Of a DNA stretch of 64,000 nucleotides, positions 1 through 12,799 are shown piece by piece. The DNA is from Trueperaceae bacterium (GTDB lineage Bacteria > Deinococcota > Deinococci > Deinococcales > Trueperaceae). Positions within the stretch are counted from its first letter, which is position 1. Each line of letters opens with the position of its first letter. Under the pieces are notes generated by a model that saw only the letters and a list, made by a program, of their open reading frames with translations, was not told the DNA's origin and did not search any database. A program made the translations under genes and the position numbers. The DNA is taken from positions 4,032,001-4,096,000 of the forward strand of contig OZ243913.1 of assembly GCA_965213705.1 (NCBI GenBank), written 5' to 3'.

Positions 1-1917
1 CGCGGCGACGCCTAAAAACATCGCCAGCGCGTAGGAGCGCACGTAACCGCTTTGCAACAGCGTCATGGCCCGACCCAACACGTGGGCCGCGGGGCCGCTG
101 CTGCTTATACCCCTGTCTACAACGCTTCTATCGGCGACTGCTAAGCCCCCGGCCGCACCTTCGGCGGGGCGGACCAACAGCGTTCGGTAGAGCGCGTCGA
201 AGCCCGCGCCACTCCGTGAAAGTCTTGCCAAGGCACTTTCTTTGAGGCGCGCCACAGGCTCGCCGTTGCGCAGGTGATAAACCCAGTAACCCAGCCCCAA
301 ACCGACTGCCGCCGCCAGCACCGACAGAGCGATGAGCAGCCACTCGAGCGCCAGCGAGCGGTGGATGAATTCCAAGGTCGGCGTCGAGCGCTCGAGCCAG
401 TGTGGCAGCGCGTGCAGCGCGCCCACGTCCGGCGCGACGAACTCCGGCACGCCGACGTAACCCGCGAAGATGCTGAAAAAAGCCAGAACCACCAGCGGCA
501 CCGTCATGAGCGCGGGCGACTCGTGGAGATGAGACTTCGCTTCCGGCGTCAGCCGCTCGGCCCCCGCAAACACCCGGTAGTACCAGCGGAACATGTAAAA
601 CGCCGTCATGCCGGCGGTGAAAAGTAGGATCAGGTAGAGAAGCGGCCCGCCGTAACCCTCGACGAGTTCGCTGTTAAAGGTGTAGGCGAGAATCGCGTCC
701 TTGCTGAAAAACCCTGCTAAAAAAGGCACCCCGGAAATCGCCAGGACTGCAATCAGCGAGGTCGTCCCGGTAATCTTCATGCGCCTGCCGAGTCCGCCCA
801 TCCGGCGGATGTCCTGCTCGCCCAAGAGCGCGTGAATCACCGAGCCCGACCCCAAAAACAGCAGCGCCTTGAAAAACGCGTGGGTGAACAGGTGAAACAC
901 CCCCACCCAGTACGCCCCGACGCCGACCGCCACGAACATAAAGCCGAGCTGCGACACGGTCGAGTAGGCGAGAATTTTTTTGATGTCGGTTTGCGCCAGC
1001 GCCGCAAAGGCGGCGACGAGCGCGGTCAGCGCGCCCACCCAGGCGACCGTCGCTGAGGCCGCTGGGCTCTGCGCGAACAGGGGCGCGGCTCGAGCCACCA
1101 AATATACCCCCGCCGTGACCATCGTCGCCGCGTGGATAAGTGCGGACACCGGCGTCGGCCCGGCCATCGCGTCGGGCAGCCAGACTTGCAGCGGCAACTG
1201 CGCCGACTTGCCGGCCGCGCCGAGCAGGTAGAGCAGTGCAATCGCCGTGACTGTGCCCGGCACGAAAAACAGCAGCGCAGCCGCCTCGTTCACCGCGGCG
1301 ATGTTGAGGGTGCCGAACTGTTTGACGGTTAAAAACATCGCCAGCAAAAAGCCCACGTCGCCGATTCGGTTGACGATGAACGCTTTGCGCGCCGCGTCGG
1401 CGTTCAGACGGTCGCCGTACCAGAAGCCGATGAGCAAAAACGAGCACACGCCCACGCCTTCCCAACCGACGAACATCAAAAAGAACGAGTCCGCCATGAC
1501 GAGCACCAGCATCGCCGCGACGAACAAGTTGAGGTTCGCAAAATAGCGGCTGAAGCCGTCGTCGCCGTGCATGTAGGCAATCGAATAAAGGTGGATAAGC
1601 AGGCCCACCCCCGTGATGATGAGCATGAGCGTGACGCTGAGCGAGTCGATGGTAAAGCCGAGGCTGAGGTCGAAGGTGCCGGCTGTCAAATAAGGCCACA
1701 GCGTGAGGTGAACGCCCTCTTCCCTGCCTAAAAGCGAGAAGAAAGAAACCAGCGAGACCGCAAAGCCCAGGCCGACCGCCCCACTCGCAAGCCAGCCCGG
1801 CCACGGCTCTTTGAGGTTGCGCCCGAAAAACCCGTTGACAATCGCGCCGAGCAGTGCGAACAGCGGGGCCAAAGCGGCGAGGGCAGCCGTATCGAACGCA
1901 ACACCGACACCGCTCAC
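1..1917 (-). CDS. nuoL: NADH-quinone oxidoreductase subunit L (3' end beyond window edge)
   Basis: Not in the ORF track because there is no stop in the window. Manual translation from GTG at 1917 (GTGA overlap with nuoK stop) gives ...[36 protein letters not shown]... and ends ...[20 protein letters not shown], typical of NuoL. Confidence 0.95.
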   Translation of the reverse strand, partial: MSGVGVAFDTAALAALAPLFALLGAIVNGFFGRNLKEPWPGWLASGAVGLGFAVSLVSFFSLLGREEGVHLTLWPYLTAGTFDLSLGFTIDSLSVTLMLIITGVGLLIHLYSIAYMHGDDGFSRYFANLNLFVAAMLVLVMADSFFLMFVGWEGVGVCSFLLIGFWYGDRLNADAARKAFIVNRIGDVGFLLAMFLTVKQFGTLNIAAVNEAAALLFFVPGTVTAIALLYLLGAAGKSAQLPLQVWLPDAMAGPTPVSALIHAATMVTAGVYLVARAAPLFAQSPAASATVAWVGALTALVAAFAALAQTDIKKILAYSTVSQLGFMFVAVGVGAYWVGVFHLFTHAFFKALLFLGSGSVIHALLGEQDIRRMGGLGRRMKITGTTSLIAVLAISGVPFLAGFFSKDAILAYTFNSELVEGYGGPLLYLILLFTAGMTAFYMFRWYYRVFAGAERLTPEAKSHLHESPALMTVPLVVLAFFSIFAGYVGVPEFVAPDVGALHALPHWLERSTPTLEFIHRSLALEWLLIALSVLAAAVGLGLGYWVYHLRNGEPVARLKESALARLSRSGAGFDALYRTLLVRPAEGAAGGLAVADRSVVDRGISSSGPAAHVLGRAMTLLQSGYVRSYALAMFLGVAA

Positions 1918-2234
1918 AAACGCACCTCGGAAAGGCTGTCGACGTCGGTGCTGGTGCGGTAGCGAAAAATCGCCACCAGGATGCCCAATCCCACCGCGAC
2001 TTCGGCCGCGGCGATGGCGAGAATGATAAACACCGCCGCTTGCCCTGAGAGCGCCACCGCCGAGCCGAACGCCGACCACTGCCGCGCAAAGGCGACCAGC
2101 GCCAGGTTCGCCGCGTTGAGCATGAGTTCGACCGACAAAAATACCAGTATCGCGCTCTGGCGCGTCAGCACGCCGACCGCCCCGATGACAAAGATAATGG
2201 CGCTCAGGGCCACGTAATACTCAGTTGCAACCAT
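1914..2234 (-). CDS. nuoK: NADH-quinone oxidoreductase subunit K
   Basis: 106 aa, 3 [13 protein letters not shown] and [11 protein letters not shown] motifs; operon position. Confidence 0.97.
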   Translation of the reverse strand: MVATEYYVALSAIIFVIGAVGVLTRQSAILVFLSVELMLNAANLALVAFARQWSAFGSAVALSGQAAVFIILAIAAAEVAVGLGILVAIFRYRTSTDVDSLSEVRL

Positions 2235-2271
2235 ACTTCTCCCTCATGCCTGTGCCGTCATTTCTTCGGCG

Positions 2272-3141
2272 TTATTTCTCGTCCGCCAACCGCCGCGCTT
2301 GTTGCTGCCACTGTTCGCGGGCGATGCGGCCCTTGAAGCCGAGTTGGTCGTCCAGCGCTTGAATTTCGGCGTCGTCCAGGCGGGCCAAGTGTTCGAAGGT
2401 CGTCACGCCGTTTTTGTGCAACAGGCGCTCGAGCTTGGGCCCCACCCCGCTGATGCATTTGAGGTCGTCGTGGTGCGAGGCGTCGATTTTTGCAGCTTTG
2501 GAGGCTGAAAGTTTTTTTGAGGAGGGCCGCGCGGCGTTCTCGGACCCAGCTCGCCCTTTGCCTCGCTCCAGCGTCGCCACCGCGCCCCGGCTCGGCGCGC
2601 CCGCCGCCACGGTCGCGCGGGCCGGGACGATTTGCGCCGCTTCCTCCGCTTTGCGCTGCACCAGGCTCACCGCGCCGACGATGCCGGTCAACAACAACAC
2701 GCCGACGAGCTGGAACGCCAGCACGAACTGGCTGAACAGCACCTCACCGACCGCCCCCGCCCCGCCCCCGCCGAGCGCCGCCGCCATGAGTGTTACGTCG
2801 GGAAGTTGGCTCGGGTTGAGAAAAGCGGTGACCACGATGCTCGCCGCCGCGACGAGCCCGACCACGTAGGCGGCGGGGCGCAGCCAGCCCAAACTCGCCT
2901 CTCGAGGTCTTCCTTGGATGTTCAAAAGCATAATCACGAACAAAAACAGCACCATGATGGCGCCCGCATAGACGATGACTTGCACCGCCGCCAAAAACTG
3001 CGCTTGCAGCGTCACGTAAGTCACCGCCAGCGTCAGCAGCGTGCCGACGAGCGACAATGCCGCGTGAACCGGCTGCCGCAGGGTGATAACCCCAATCGCG
3101 CCGACAATCATGACGACGGACAATGGAATAAAAGTCAGCAT
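2272..3141 (-). CDS. nuoJ: NADH-quinone oxidoreductase subunit J with C-terminal helix-hairpin-helix (COG3743-like) extension
   Basis: N-terminal ~165 aa NuoJ (QVIVYAGAIMVLFLFVIMLL), Ala/Lys/Ser linker, then DDLKCISGVGPKLERLLHKNGVTTFEHLA...WQQQARRL. Confidence 0.92.
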   Translation of the reverse strand: MLTFIPLSVVMIVGAIGVITLRQPVHAALSLVGTLLTLAVTYVTLQAQFLAAVQVIVYAGAIMVLFLFVIMLLNIQGRPREASLGWLRPAAYVVGLVAAASIVVTAFLNPSQLPDVTLMAAALGGGGAGAVGEVLFSQFVLAFQLVGVLLLTGIVGAVSLVQRKAEEAAQIVPARATVAAGAPSRGAVATLERGKGRAGSENAARPSSKKLSASKAAKIDASHHDDLKCISGVGPKLERLLHKNGVTTFEHLARLDDAEIQALDDQLGFKGRIAREQWQQQARRLADEK

Positions 3142-3143
3142 GA

Positions 3144-3180
3144 GAGTACCGAGTACCGAGTACCGAGCCCCGAAGCCCTT
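3144..3180. repeat. Heptamer tandem repeat (GAGTACC)x3 followed by CCGAAGCCCTT in the nuoI-nuoJ spacer
   Basis: Read directly; a related copy lies at ~21709-21756. Confidence 0.7.
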
Positions 3181-3205
3181 CGCCTTTGCAACCTGCTCAG
3201 CATGG

Positions 3206-3733
3206 TTAGTAGTCTACCCCCTCGAGTTCGGGTCGTGGGCCGGACTGCAGGCCGAGCCGGACGGGTTTGTCTTCTTCCAGCGCTTCGCGGCGCTGCCACT
3301 TGCTGCCGACGACGCCGACCATCATGTCGTCCTTGCCGTACACGAAGTCTTGATATTTGAAGTCGGCCAACTCGAACTCGTGGCCGAGCACGACCGCGCC
3401 GGTCGGACAAGCCTCCTCACAAAAGCCGCAGAAGATGCAGCGCAACATGTTAATTTCGTAGATGCTCGCGTAACGCTCACCCGCCGAAGTCGGGTGCTCG
3501 GGGTCGTTTTCAGCCGCCTCGACGTAAATCGCGTAGGCCGGACAAGCCGCCGCGCACAACGAACAGCCGATGCACTTTTCCAACCCCGTGTCCGGGTGAC
3601 GCAATAGGTGGTGCCGGCCCCGAAACCTGGGTGCAATCGCCACCGGCTCCTCCGGATATTGGACCGTCACGGGCTTTTTGAACAGGTGCCCGAGGGTAAC
3701 GCCCATGCCCTTGGCGATGTCTAAAACACTCAT
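3206..3733 (-). CDS. nuoI: NADH-quinone oxidoreductase subunit I
   Basis: Two CxxCxxCxxxCP 4Fe-4S motifs ([24 protein letters not shown]). Confidence 0.97.
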   Translation of the reverse strand: MSVLDIAKGMGVTLGHLFKKPVTVQYPEEPVAIAPRFRGRHHLLRHPDTGLEKCIGCSLCAAACPAYAIYVEAAENDPEHPTSAGERYASIYEINMLRCIFCGFCEEACPTGAVVLGHEFELADFKYQDFVYGKDDMMVGVVGSKWQRREALEEDKPVRLGLQSGPRPELEGVDY

Positions 3734-3742
3734 CTTGACTCC

Positions 3743-4768
3743 TTAAATGACGAACGCGATGATTGCCGCCGCCAACAACACGCTGCCCAAAGCTATTTCG
3801 AACAGGTAAATCCAGCCGAAGCGCATGAGTTGGTCGTAGCGCAAGCGCGGCAGCGTGGCGCGCAGCCAGATGAACATGAACATGAAAATCGCCATCTTGA
3901 GGATGAGCCACACGAACGGCCACTCGGCGATGCCGGGGACGAGAGGGTCTAAAAACGCCGGGCCGCGGTAGCCGCCCAGAAAGAGAGTGCTGATAACCGC
4001 CGCCGCCGTCATCATGTTGACGTACTCGGCCATCTGAAAGAGCGCCCACTTGATGGACGAGTACTCGGTGAGGTAGCCCGCGACGATTTCCTGCTCGGCT
4101 TCGGGCAGGTCGAAGGGCGTGCGGTTGACCTCGGCGGTTTGCGAAATCGTGTAGGTCACGAACGAAATCGCGAGCGGTATCCACAGCAGCGGGTTGATGG
4201 ACCACACCCCGACGTTGACGATTTCACGAAAGTTGAGCGTGCCCGCGATGAGGACGACGGTAAGGGCTGAGAGGCCAAGTCCGAGTTCGTAGGAGATGAG
4301 CTGCGCCGAGGAGCGCAAGCTACCCAGAAGTGAAAACTTGCTGTTCGAGGCCCAGCCGCCCAAGAAAATCCCGTACACCCCGATGCTCGTCGCGGCGAAC
4401 ACGAACAGCAGGCCGATGTCTAAGTCCATCACCCAAGGGTTCATGCCGAAAAAACTCCCCGCCGGACCCGCCGGAATCGAGCCGAAGGCGGTCAGCGCGA
4501 ACATGATGCTGATAAAGGGCGCCAAAAAGTAAACGAACCGGTCGGCCGCCGTCACCGTGATGTCCTCTTTAAAAATCGACTTAAGCGCGTCGGCGATGGG
4601 TTGCAGCAAGCCGAACGGCCCCACCCGGTTCGGGCCGTAACGGTGCTGCATCCGGCCCAGAAGTTTGCGCTCGATAACGGTCATGTACGCGAACGCGCCC
4701 AGGAGCACGACGCAGAGCAGCAGCGCTTTACCGGCGGTAACGAACCAGGGGTCGTTCAAGGTTTCCAT
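3743..4768 (-). CDS. nuoH: NADH-quinone oxidoreductase subunit H
   Basis: [41 protein letters not shown]. Confidence 0.97.
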   Translation of the reverse strand: METLNDPWFVTAGKALLLCVVLLGAFAYMTVIERKLLGRMQHRYGPNRVGPFGLLQPIADALKSIFKEDITVTAADRFVYFLAPFISIMFALTAFGSIPAGPAGSFFGMNPWVMDLDIGLLFVFAATSIGVYGIFLGGWASNSKFSLLGSLRSSAQLISYELGLGLSALTVVLIAGTLNFREIVNVGVWSINPLLWIPLAISFVTYTISQTAEVNRTPFDLPEAEQEIVAGYLTEYSSIKWALFQMAEYVNMMTAAAVISTLFLGGYRGPAFLDPLVPGIAEWPFVWLILKMAIFMFMFIWLRATLPRLRYDQLMRFGWIYLFEIALGSVLLAAAIIAFVI

Positions 4769-7192
4769 TCAGGCGACCTCGAGCACTCTGCGCTCTTTGA
4801 CCGCGCTCGCCAGGTCGGCTCGCGCCACCCCGACGGGCTGTTCGGGCAGCGCAGGCACCAAAAAGGTGCCGCCCGGCATCGCTTCGCTGTACTCGACCCA
4901 CAAGCGGCGGCGCACGCCGCCCACCTTCATACTGACAACGTCGCCTTCCCTGAGGTCGTACAACACGGCGTCGGCTGGGCGAATCTTCAACGCCGCCTCG
5001 CCGTGCGCCGCCGCCAAGTGCGGGTTGCGGCTCAGGTACTCGGTGCGCAGCATACTCGGCACGAGGAGGGTGTTGCCACCTCCGGCCTCTTCGCCACTCG
5101 CCTTGTCAAGCTTGCGCGGTTTGGCGGCCATGATGGTGCCCTCGTCGGGCAGTTCGGCTAGGTCCGTGTCCAGATTTTTCTTCAACAAACGCCGTGCGCT
5201 ACGGACACTCCGGCCTTCCAACCGCGTTCCCAGAGCCTCGCCCAGACGTTTGACGACGCCGGTAAAGTCTTCGGACTGCCCGCTGTCGACCGGCGACGAG
5301 TTGACCTTGAGGTAACGGCCCTCCAGGTTGACGACCGTGCCGTCTTTTTCGTAACCGCTTTTGGCGGGCAGGACCACGTGGGCCAGTTCGGTCGTCGCGC
5401 TCGGAAACAGGTCGTGGACAACGAGAAGCTCGAGACCGCGCAACCGCTCGGCCACGCTTCCGTCCTGCGCTGGGTCGAGGTTGGAAACCAGCAGCGCCTT
5501 GGCGTTCTGGAGCATGTTCGGGTACGTAGCCTCGCCCTGGTCTGGGAGAACGTCCGTGGCCTCGAGCCCGTAACTGTTCGCCATCGGCCCCATAATCATC
5601 GTCTTCGCGCCGACGGCTTTGGCAAAAGCTTCGGCTGCTCGCGCCGCTTCGGGCGAAGCCAGGACGAAAGCGCCGTAGACGACCACGGCCTTCTCGGCGT
5701 CCTTGAACTGCTTGACCAAGGTTTTAGCGTCGTCTTTGGTGAGGCCGGAGGCTCGAGCGTCCTCGTCCGAGAACGCTCCGCTGGCGGCCTTGTTAAGCGC
5801 GTTGAACAGCTTTGCCTCACCGCCGACCTCGTACTGTACGGCGCGGCCCGCGTGCTTCATGAGACTGACGCGGTAGGGCGCGGCGACGGTGAGCAGTTCG
5901 CGTTTTTGGAGCGCGTGCTCTTTTAAACGCAGGTCGGCAATCGGCACGCCGTGCGCCATCAGTTCGGGCGGCGCGACGCCCTTGAGCGCGTCTTTGATGC
6001 GCAGGTCGACGGTCGGCACTTCCTCGGTCGGGTCGCCGACGACGAAAACGGCGTCGGCGGTGGCGAGGTCGGTAAACGTCGCGGGGTTTTGCGCAACCAC
6101 CGAGGCGGCACTCCGCGGGTAGTGGTCGACGCCGCCCCCGAGGTGCTCGGCCAACGCCTTGGCGGCGACACCCTCTTCCAGGGTCGCGTCGGCGCGGAGG
6201 ACGACGCCGACGGCATCGCCCAAGTCCTTCATTTTTCCGACGATGAACGCGCTGGCCTCTTCCCAGGTGACGGGCTCGAGCCGGCCATTTTTCCTCAACA
6301 GCGGCGTTTTAAGCCGGTCAGGCGCGTCCACGTACTCGTGCCCGAAGCGCGTGCCGTCGTCTATCCAGGTTTTGTTCACCTGCGTGTTGAGTCCTGCTTT
6401 GATGCGCTCAATCCGCCCGGTGCGCGCGTCCACGACGATGGCGCTGCCCGAAGCGTCGTCGAGCGAGGTGCTGCGCGTGTGGTCGTACTCCCAGTTGCGG
6501 CCCCGAAAGCGGCTCGTGCTGTCGAGCAGCGCCCCAACCGGACAGATGTCGGTGATGTTGCCCGAAAAGTTGCTCGGCAACCCGTCGGCGACCGTGCCGA
6601 TGTAGGTATGGCCGCCGCGCTCGATAAAGTCCAGCACTTCGTCACCCGGCACCTCTTCGAAGTAGCGCACGCAGCGTTTGCAATGGATGCAGCGCTCGCG
6701 GTCTAAAGTAATGAGTTCGCTGAGCGCGTGGTGTTTTTCCTGGTGCCGCTTGTCGAACACGAAGCGCGTCCGACCCGAGCCGTATTCGTAAGCGCGGTCC
6801 TGGAGTTCGCACGCTCCGCCCTTGTCACAGGTCGGGCAGTCGAGCGGGTGGTTGATGAGGGTCATCTCCATCATCCCCTGCTGCGCTTTGACCGCCGACT
6901 CGTGGAGCGTATCGACGACCATACCTTCCATCACGGCTGTCGTGCAGGTCGCCATCGGGTTCGGGAACCAGAAGATTTTCGGCTCGTCGCTGCCCTCTTC
7001 GGTAATCCAACTGCCGTCTTTGTCCTTGCGCGGTGCGCCCACCCTCGCCAAGCACATCCGGCACGCGCCGATAGGCGACATGTACTCCTGCGAGCAAAAG
7101 TAAGGCACGTCGTACCCGGCCGCGAACACCGCGTCGATGGCGGAGGTGCCGGGTTTGAGGTCTAGTTCGACATCGTTGACTTTAACCTTCAT
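4769..7192 (-). CDS. nuoG: NADH-quinone oxidoreductase subunit G
   Basis: GACRMC, HPLDCPTCDKGGACELQD, CIHCKRC, DICPVGAL motifs. Confidence 0.96.
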   Translation of the reverse strand: MKVKVNDVELDLKPGTSAIDAVFAAGYDVPYFCSQEYMSPIGACRMCLARVGAPRKDKDGSWITEEGSDEPKIFWFPNPMATCTTAVMEGMVVDTLHESAVKAQQGMMEMTLINHPLDCPTCDKGGACELQDRAYEYGSGRTRFVFDKRHQEKHHALSELITLDRERCIHCKRCVRYFEEVPGDEVLDFIERGGHTYIGTVADGLPSNFSGNITDICPVGALLDSTSRFRGRNWEYDHTRSTSLDDASGSAIVVDARTGRIERIKAGLNTQVNKTWIDDGTRFGHEYVDAPDRLKTPLLRKNGRLEPVTWEEASAFIVGKMKDLGDAVGVVLRADATLEEGVAAKALAEHLGGGVDHYPRSAASVVAQNPATFTDLATADAVFVVGDPTEEVPTVDLRIKDALKGVAPPELMAHGVPIADLRLKEHALQKRELLTVAAPYRVSLMKHAGRAVQYEVGGEAKLFNALNKAASGAFSDEDARASGLTKDDAKTLVKQFKDAEKAVVVYGAFVLASPEAARAAEAFAKAVGAKTMIMGPMANSYGLEATDVLPDQGEATYPNMLQNAKALLVSNLDPAQDGSVAERLRGLELLVVHDLFPSATTELAHVVLPAKSGYEKDGTVVNLEGRYLKVNSSPVDSGQSEDFTGVVKRLGEALGTRLEGRSVRSARRLLKKNLDTDLAELPDEGTIMAAKPRKLDKASGEEAGGGNTLLVPSMLRTEYLSRNPHLAAAHGEAALKIRPADAVLYDLREGDVVSMKVGGVRRRLWVEYSEAMPGGTFLVPALPEQPVGVARADLASAVKERRVLEVA

Positions 7193-7229
7193 GCTGCCCA
7201 GCCATTAAGCGCGGAGAACCTTGCCCCGC

Positions 7230-7343
7230 TCCCCCTTTTAGGGGGACTGCCGAAGGCAGGGGGGTCGAACGCAGTGAACTGCGCCGTGCTGTAGCCTTGC
7301 GAAGACCCCTCTGCCCGAAGGGCATCTCCCCTGAAAGGGGAGA
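7230..7343. repeat. REP-like multi-hairpin palindromic element in the nuoF-nuoG spacer
   Basis: Hairpins TCCCCC-TTTTA-GGGGGA, CTGCC-GAA-GGCAG, TGCCC-GAA-GGGCA, TCTCCCCT-GAA-AGGGGAGA arranged as two inverted halves. Confidence 0.7.
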
Positions 7344-7370
7344 CTTTAAGTGCGGTGCTATTTGTCTTCC

Positions 7371-8714
<1,344 letters not shown>

Positions 8715-8742
8715 GCAAGTCCTCCCGTAATCAGGTTAAGGT

Positions 8743-9327
8743 TCATTTTTTGGCCCCCTCTACGAACAGCGCGGCTTGGCCTTCGCCCGCGTTGTCGCCG
8801 CCTCGAGCGCGCCACGGCTCGGGCAGCTCGTCTTTGCGCATGGCTTCCAGCAGCATCCTACAGCGCGTCGGCGTCACGTTTTCATAGTAGGCGTCGTTGA
8901 TTTGCAGCACGGGCGCGGTCGTGCAGGAGCCCAGGCACTCGACCTTTTGCAGGCTGAAGCGCCCGTCACGGCTCGTCTCGCCGTTGACGAGATTGGTCTC
9001 GGCGGAAACAAAGTCGTACATCTCGTCCGCACCTGCTAGCGAACACGACAGCGTCGCGCAGACCTGCAAGTGGTACTTGCCGATGGGCTGCTCGTGGTAG
9101 GTCGAGTAAAAGCTCATCACGCCTTTGACTTCGGTCGGGTGCATGTCGAGGATGTGGGCGATTTCTTCCATCCGCGCTTCGCTGATGTGTCGCTCGGCCC
9201 GCTGCACTTCCCAGAGGAGGGGCATGACCGCGCTGCGCTGGCCGTACTCGGGGTAGCGGCCTAAAATTTCTTGCACCAGGTCTTCTTTGCCTTTGAAAAA
9301 AGGAGTTAGAGTCTCGAGTTCAACCAT
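8743..9327 (-). CDS. nuoE: NADH-quinone oxidoreductase subunit E
   Basis: CATLSC...CLGSC 2Fe-2S motif. Confidence 0.95.
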   Translation of the reverse strand: MVELETLTPFFKGKEDLVQEILGRYPEYGQRSAVMPLLWEVQRAERHISEARMEEIAHILDMHPTEVKGVMSFYSTYHEQPIGKYHLQVCATLSCSLAGADEMYDFVSAETNLVNGETSRDGRFSLQKVECLGSCTTAPVLQINDAYYENVTPTRCRMLLEAMRKDELPEPWRARGGDNAGEGQAALFVEGAKK

Positions 9328-9335
9328 ACATACAC

Positions 9336-9596
9336 CTAAACCTTGCGATAAACGTCTTTTCGATGCCGAACGTATAGTATTGTAATGACATTCGCTTCTC
9401 GATCAACTTTGTAAAGGATGCTGTACTCACCCACCCGAATACGGTAATCGTGTTCCGTTCCTTTAAGCTTAATAACACTCGTTGGAAAAGGGTCAGTTGA
9501 GAGTAAATCAAACCTTTTGAGAACACGTGTGACGACGTGTTGAGGGAGTTTTTGCAAATCCTTTTTGACACCGCTGTCAGTCCTCAACTCGTACAT
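9336..9596 (-). CDS. RelE/ParE-family toxin (RelE-like mRNA interferase)
   Basis: KKDLQKLP...KLKG...YRIRVGEYSILY...HRKDVYR; lower GC than flanks. Confidence 0.88.
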   Translation of the reverse strand: MYELRTDSGVKKDLQKLPQHVVTRVLKRFDLLSTDPFPTSVIKLKGTEHDYRIRVGEYSILYKVDREANVITILYVRHRKDVYRKV

Positions 9597-9774
9597 TATC
9601 ATCGGCCGACTGTGCTTTGAGTTCGTCCAAGCTCATCGTCTCACCGTCGCGCCGTTCAGCGATAACAGCCAGGTCGTGTAAGTCCTCGAGCATTTTCTCA
9701 TAAGCGTCGAAAGGCAAAACGACCTTCGTTTTTTTGCCCTTTTCATCCACGATGTATTCGACAGGCTCCGGCAT
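9577..9774 (-). CDS. Putative antitoxin for the adjacent RelE
   Basis: 65-aa acidic protein [35 protein letters not shown]...; ATG overlaps the nuoD stop (TAATG) and its 3' end overlaps the toxin start. Confidence 0.8.
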   Translation of the reverse strand: MPEPVEYIVDEKGKKTKVVLPFDAYEKMLEDLHDLAVIAERRDGETMSLDELKAQSADDNVRVED

Positions 9775-11003
9775 TACTTGTCCACGTCCCCCATCACCGG
9801 GTCGAAGCTGGCAATACTCATGACCATGTCGGCGAACATCCCCCCCGTGCAAGACGGCTCCAAGCTTTGCAGATTGATGAGGCTCGGCACGCGCACCTTG
9901 ACGCGGTAGGGCATCGAGCCGCCGTCACTGACAAGGTAATAGCCGAGTTCGCCCCGCGCCGACTCGGTCGGGACATACACCTCGCCGCGCGGCGGGTGAA
10001 AACCTTCGGTGACGAGTTTGAAGTGGAAGATGACCGCTTCCATCGAGGTCTCCAACTCGCTTCTGGGCGGCAACGAAATCCGCCGGTCGGGGTCTTTAAT
10101 CGCACCGGGCTCAAGCTTGTCCAACGCCTGCTCGATAATCTTGAGCGATTCGAACATCTCTTCAAAACGGAGCATAAAGCGCGTGTACACGTCGCCCACA
10201 TCGCTCGTCGGCACGTCGAAGTCGTAGTCTTCGTAACCGCTGTAAGGTTGCGCCTTGCGAAAGTCCAGCCCTACGCCGCTGGCCCGCAAACCCGGCCCGG
10301 TGAGGCCGTACTCGAGGGCGGTCTCCCGGCTCAACACGCCGATGCCCTTGGTTCGCCCGAGAAAAATGTCGTTTTTCGCGAACAGGTCGGCGTACTGGTC
10401 GGCCATTTTGGGAAACATCTTGACAAAGTCCCGAACCGCCGTCTCGAAGCCTTCGGGCACATCTCTCGAGAGCCCGCCGACCCGGAAGTAGCCGTAGTTC
10501 ATCCGCACACCGCAGACCATCTCGAACAGGTCGATAATCCGCTCGCGCTCGCGCATGGTGTAGAAAAACAGCGTCAGCGCACCCATGTCCAGGATGCCGG
10601 TGCCGAAAAAAACGAGGTGTGAGGCGATGCGGTTGAGTTCGTTCAGAATCACCCGAATCCGCTGAGCCCGCACCGGCACCCGCGCGTCCACGAGCTTTTC
10701 GGCGCTGAGGACATAAGCGAGGTCGTGCCCGAAGCCGTGCAGGTAGTCCATCCGGTTCGAGTAGGTTACGCACTGCTGGTAAGTGCGGTTCTCCATCGTC
10801 TTTTCGAAACCCGTGTGCAGGTAGCCGATTTGCGGGATGATGCGGGCGATGCGCTCGCCGTCCAAATCGACGACGAGTCGCAGCACGCCGTGGGTCGAGG
10901 GGTGTTGCGGCCCGACGTTGACGCGCATGTACTGGGTTTCGAAGTCGCCGCCGGTCACCTGCTCGTTGACGCCGGGCATCGCGCCGACATTTTTCATCGT
11001 CAT
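9774..11003 (-). CDS. nuoD: NADH-quinone oxidoreductase subunit D
   Basis: [33 protein letters not shown]. Confidence 0.97.
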   Translation of the reverse strand: MTMKNVGAMPGVNEQVTGGDFETQYMRVNVGPQHPSTHGVLRLVVDLDGERIARIIPQIGYLHTGFEKTMENRTYQQCVTYSNRMDYLHGFGHDLAYVLSAEKLVDARVPVRAQRIRVILNELNRIASHLVFFGTGILDMGALTLFFYTMRERERIIDLFEMVCGVRMNYGYFRVGGLSRDVPEGFETAVRDFVKMFPKMADQYADLFAKNDIFLGRTKGIGVLSRETALEYGLTGPGLRASGVGLDFRKAQPYSGYEDYDFDVPTSDVGDVYTRFMLRFEEMFESLKIIEQALDKLEPGAIKDPDRRISLPPRSELETSMEAVIFHFKLVTEGFHPPRGEVYVPTESARGELGYYLVSDGGSMPYRVKVRVPSLINLQSLEPSCTGGMFADMVMSIASFDPVMGDVDK

Positions 11004-11616
11004 GAGTCGCCTCCTTGGCCGGTCGTGTCACGCGCGACGATGTCCAAACCTTGCTCGCTCCGCACGCCCTTACGCGCTCCGCCGGTAAAGCCGGTCAAGC
11101 CGCCGCTCTGCCCGATAATCCCAGCGCGAAAGGTGGCGGGGTCCAAAAAGCGGTCATCGCCGAACAGCGTCGGCGTTTCGCCAATGGGAAAGTCTTTGCG
11201 TAAGGGGTGGCCGTCCAAGTCCTCGGGCGTGATGAGCTTACGCAGGTCGGGGTGGTTGTCGAACACGACGCCGTACATGTCGTAAACTTCGCGCTCCATA
11301 AACGATGAGCCCTTCCACAGTTCGTAAATCGTCGGCAGCGTCTCGTTTTCGTCCAAATTTACACGGATGAAGATGCGCTCGTTCTGCTCGACGCTGTACA
11401 AGTTATAAGCGACCGTGAAGCGCTTGCCCTGATGACCCGGATATTCCGAATAATCAATCCCAAACACATCCGAAATCATGTCGAACCCGGCCTCTTTGGC
11501 GCTGCGCACGGCCTCGAGCACGTTTTCCTTGCCGACCGTCACGCTGACCATGCCTTTGAACTCGCCGGGTTTGCCCTCGAGGGTTTTGAGGGTATCGGTA
11601 ACTTGTTCGACTAAGC

Positions 11617-11620
<4 letters not shown>
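11000..11620 (-). CDS. nuoC: NADH-quinone oxidoreductase subunit C
   Basis: [17 protein letters not shown]...GHPLRKDFP; start moved to GTG 11620, which overlaps the nuoB stop. Confidence 0.93.
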
Positions 11621-12153
<533 letters not shown>

Positions 12154-12163
12154 GAGAAGGTTG

Positions 12164-12224
12164 TTCGCCCTTCGTCTTTCGTCGTTCGCAAAAGCGAAAA
12201 ACCAAAAACCAAAAACGAAAAACG
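12164..12224. repeat. Opposed heptamer arrays (TTCGNNN)x4 and (AAAAACC/G)x4 in the nuoA-nuoB spacer
   Basis: Read directly; the two arrays could pair with G.U on the minus-strand transcript. Confidence 0.65.
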
Positions 12225-12226
12225 TC

Positions 12227-12583
12227 TCACCTCCAATTCAACACGCCTTTTTTCAGGATGTACAGGTAGCCGATAGCGAGGACAGTGGCGAAGATAATCG
12301 CCTGGACGAACAAAAACTCCGGCGCGGCCTTGAACTTTACAGCCAGTGGGTAAAAGAAAGCCGTCTCGATGTCGAAGATGATAAAAAGCATGGCGACGAG
12401 GTAAAAATGCACCGGGAAACGTTCGCGCGCCGTGCCCGAGGCGGGGACGCCCGACTCGTAAGCGGCCAACTTCGTTTCGCTCGCCTTTTTGGGACCGAGC
12501 AGGCCGCCGACCGCCAGCGCCGCCGCGCCGATAAAGCCGGCGGCTAAAAACATAATTAGGACGTTGGTGTAGTCACCTTCCAA
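12227..12583 (-). CDS. nuoA: NADH-quinone oxidoreductase subunit A
   Basis: [29 protein letters not shown] start. Confidence 0.95.
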   Translation of the reverse strand: MEGDYTNVLIMFLAAGFIGAAALAVGGLLGPKKASETKLAAYESGVPASGTARERFPVHFYLVAMLFIIFDIETAFFYPLAVKFKAAPEFLFVQAIIFATVLAIGYLYILKKGVLNWR

Positions 12584-12799
12584 GAGCGCTTCTCCTCTCG
12601 ACCGTACTGTGAACTTTCAACTTACGTCATGACCCCACAACGACTTGTGCGGCTTTTCACAGCTCTGACTCCAGTAGAATAGCACTTTGAGAAACGGCTG
12701 AACAAGGGGTTGAGAACACCGTTGGGGAGCCCGCCCAGGGCGTTTGGGGGCAGCGCCTCTTCGGTAGCTAAATTTCCGCCCGCACGGTAGGCTTGAGGC

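Noticed and set aside
674..2089. 471-aa minus-strand ORF in the track
   Set aside because: Off-frame shadow of nuoL/nuoK; the real nuoL is in another frame starting at 1917
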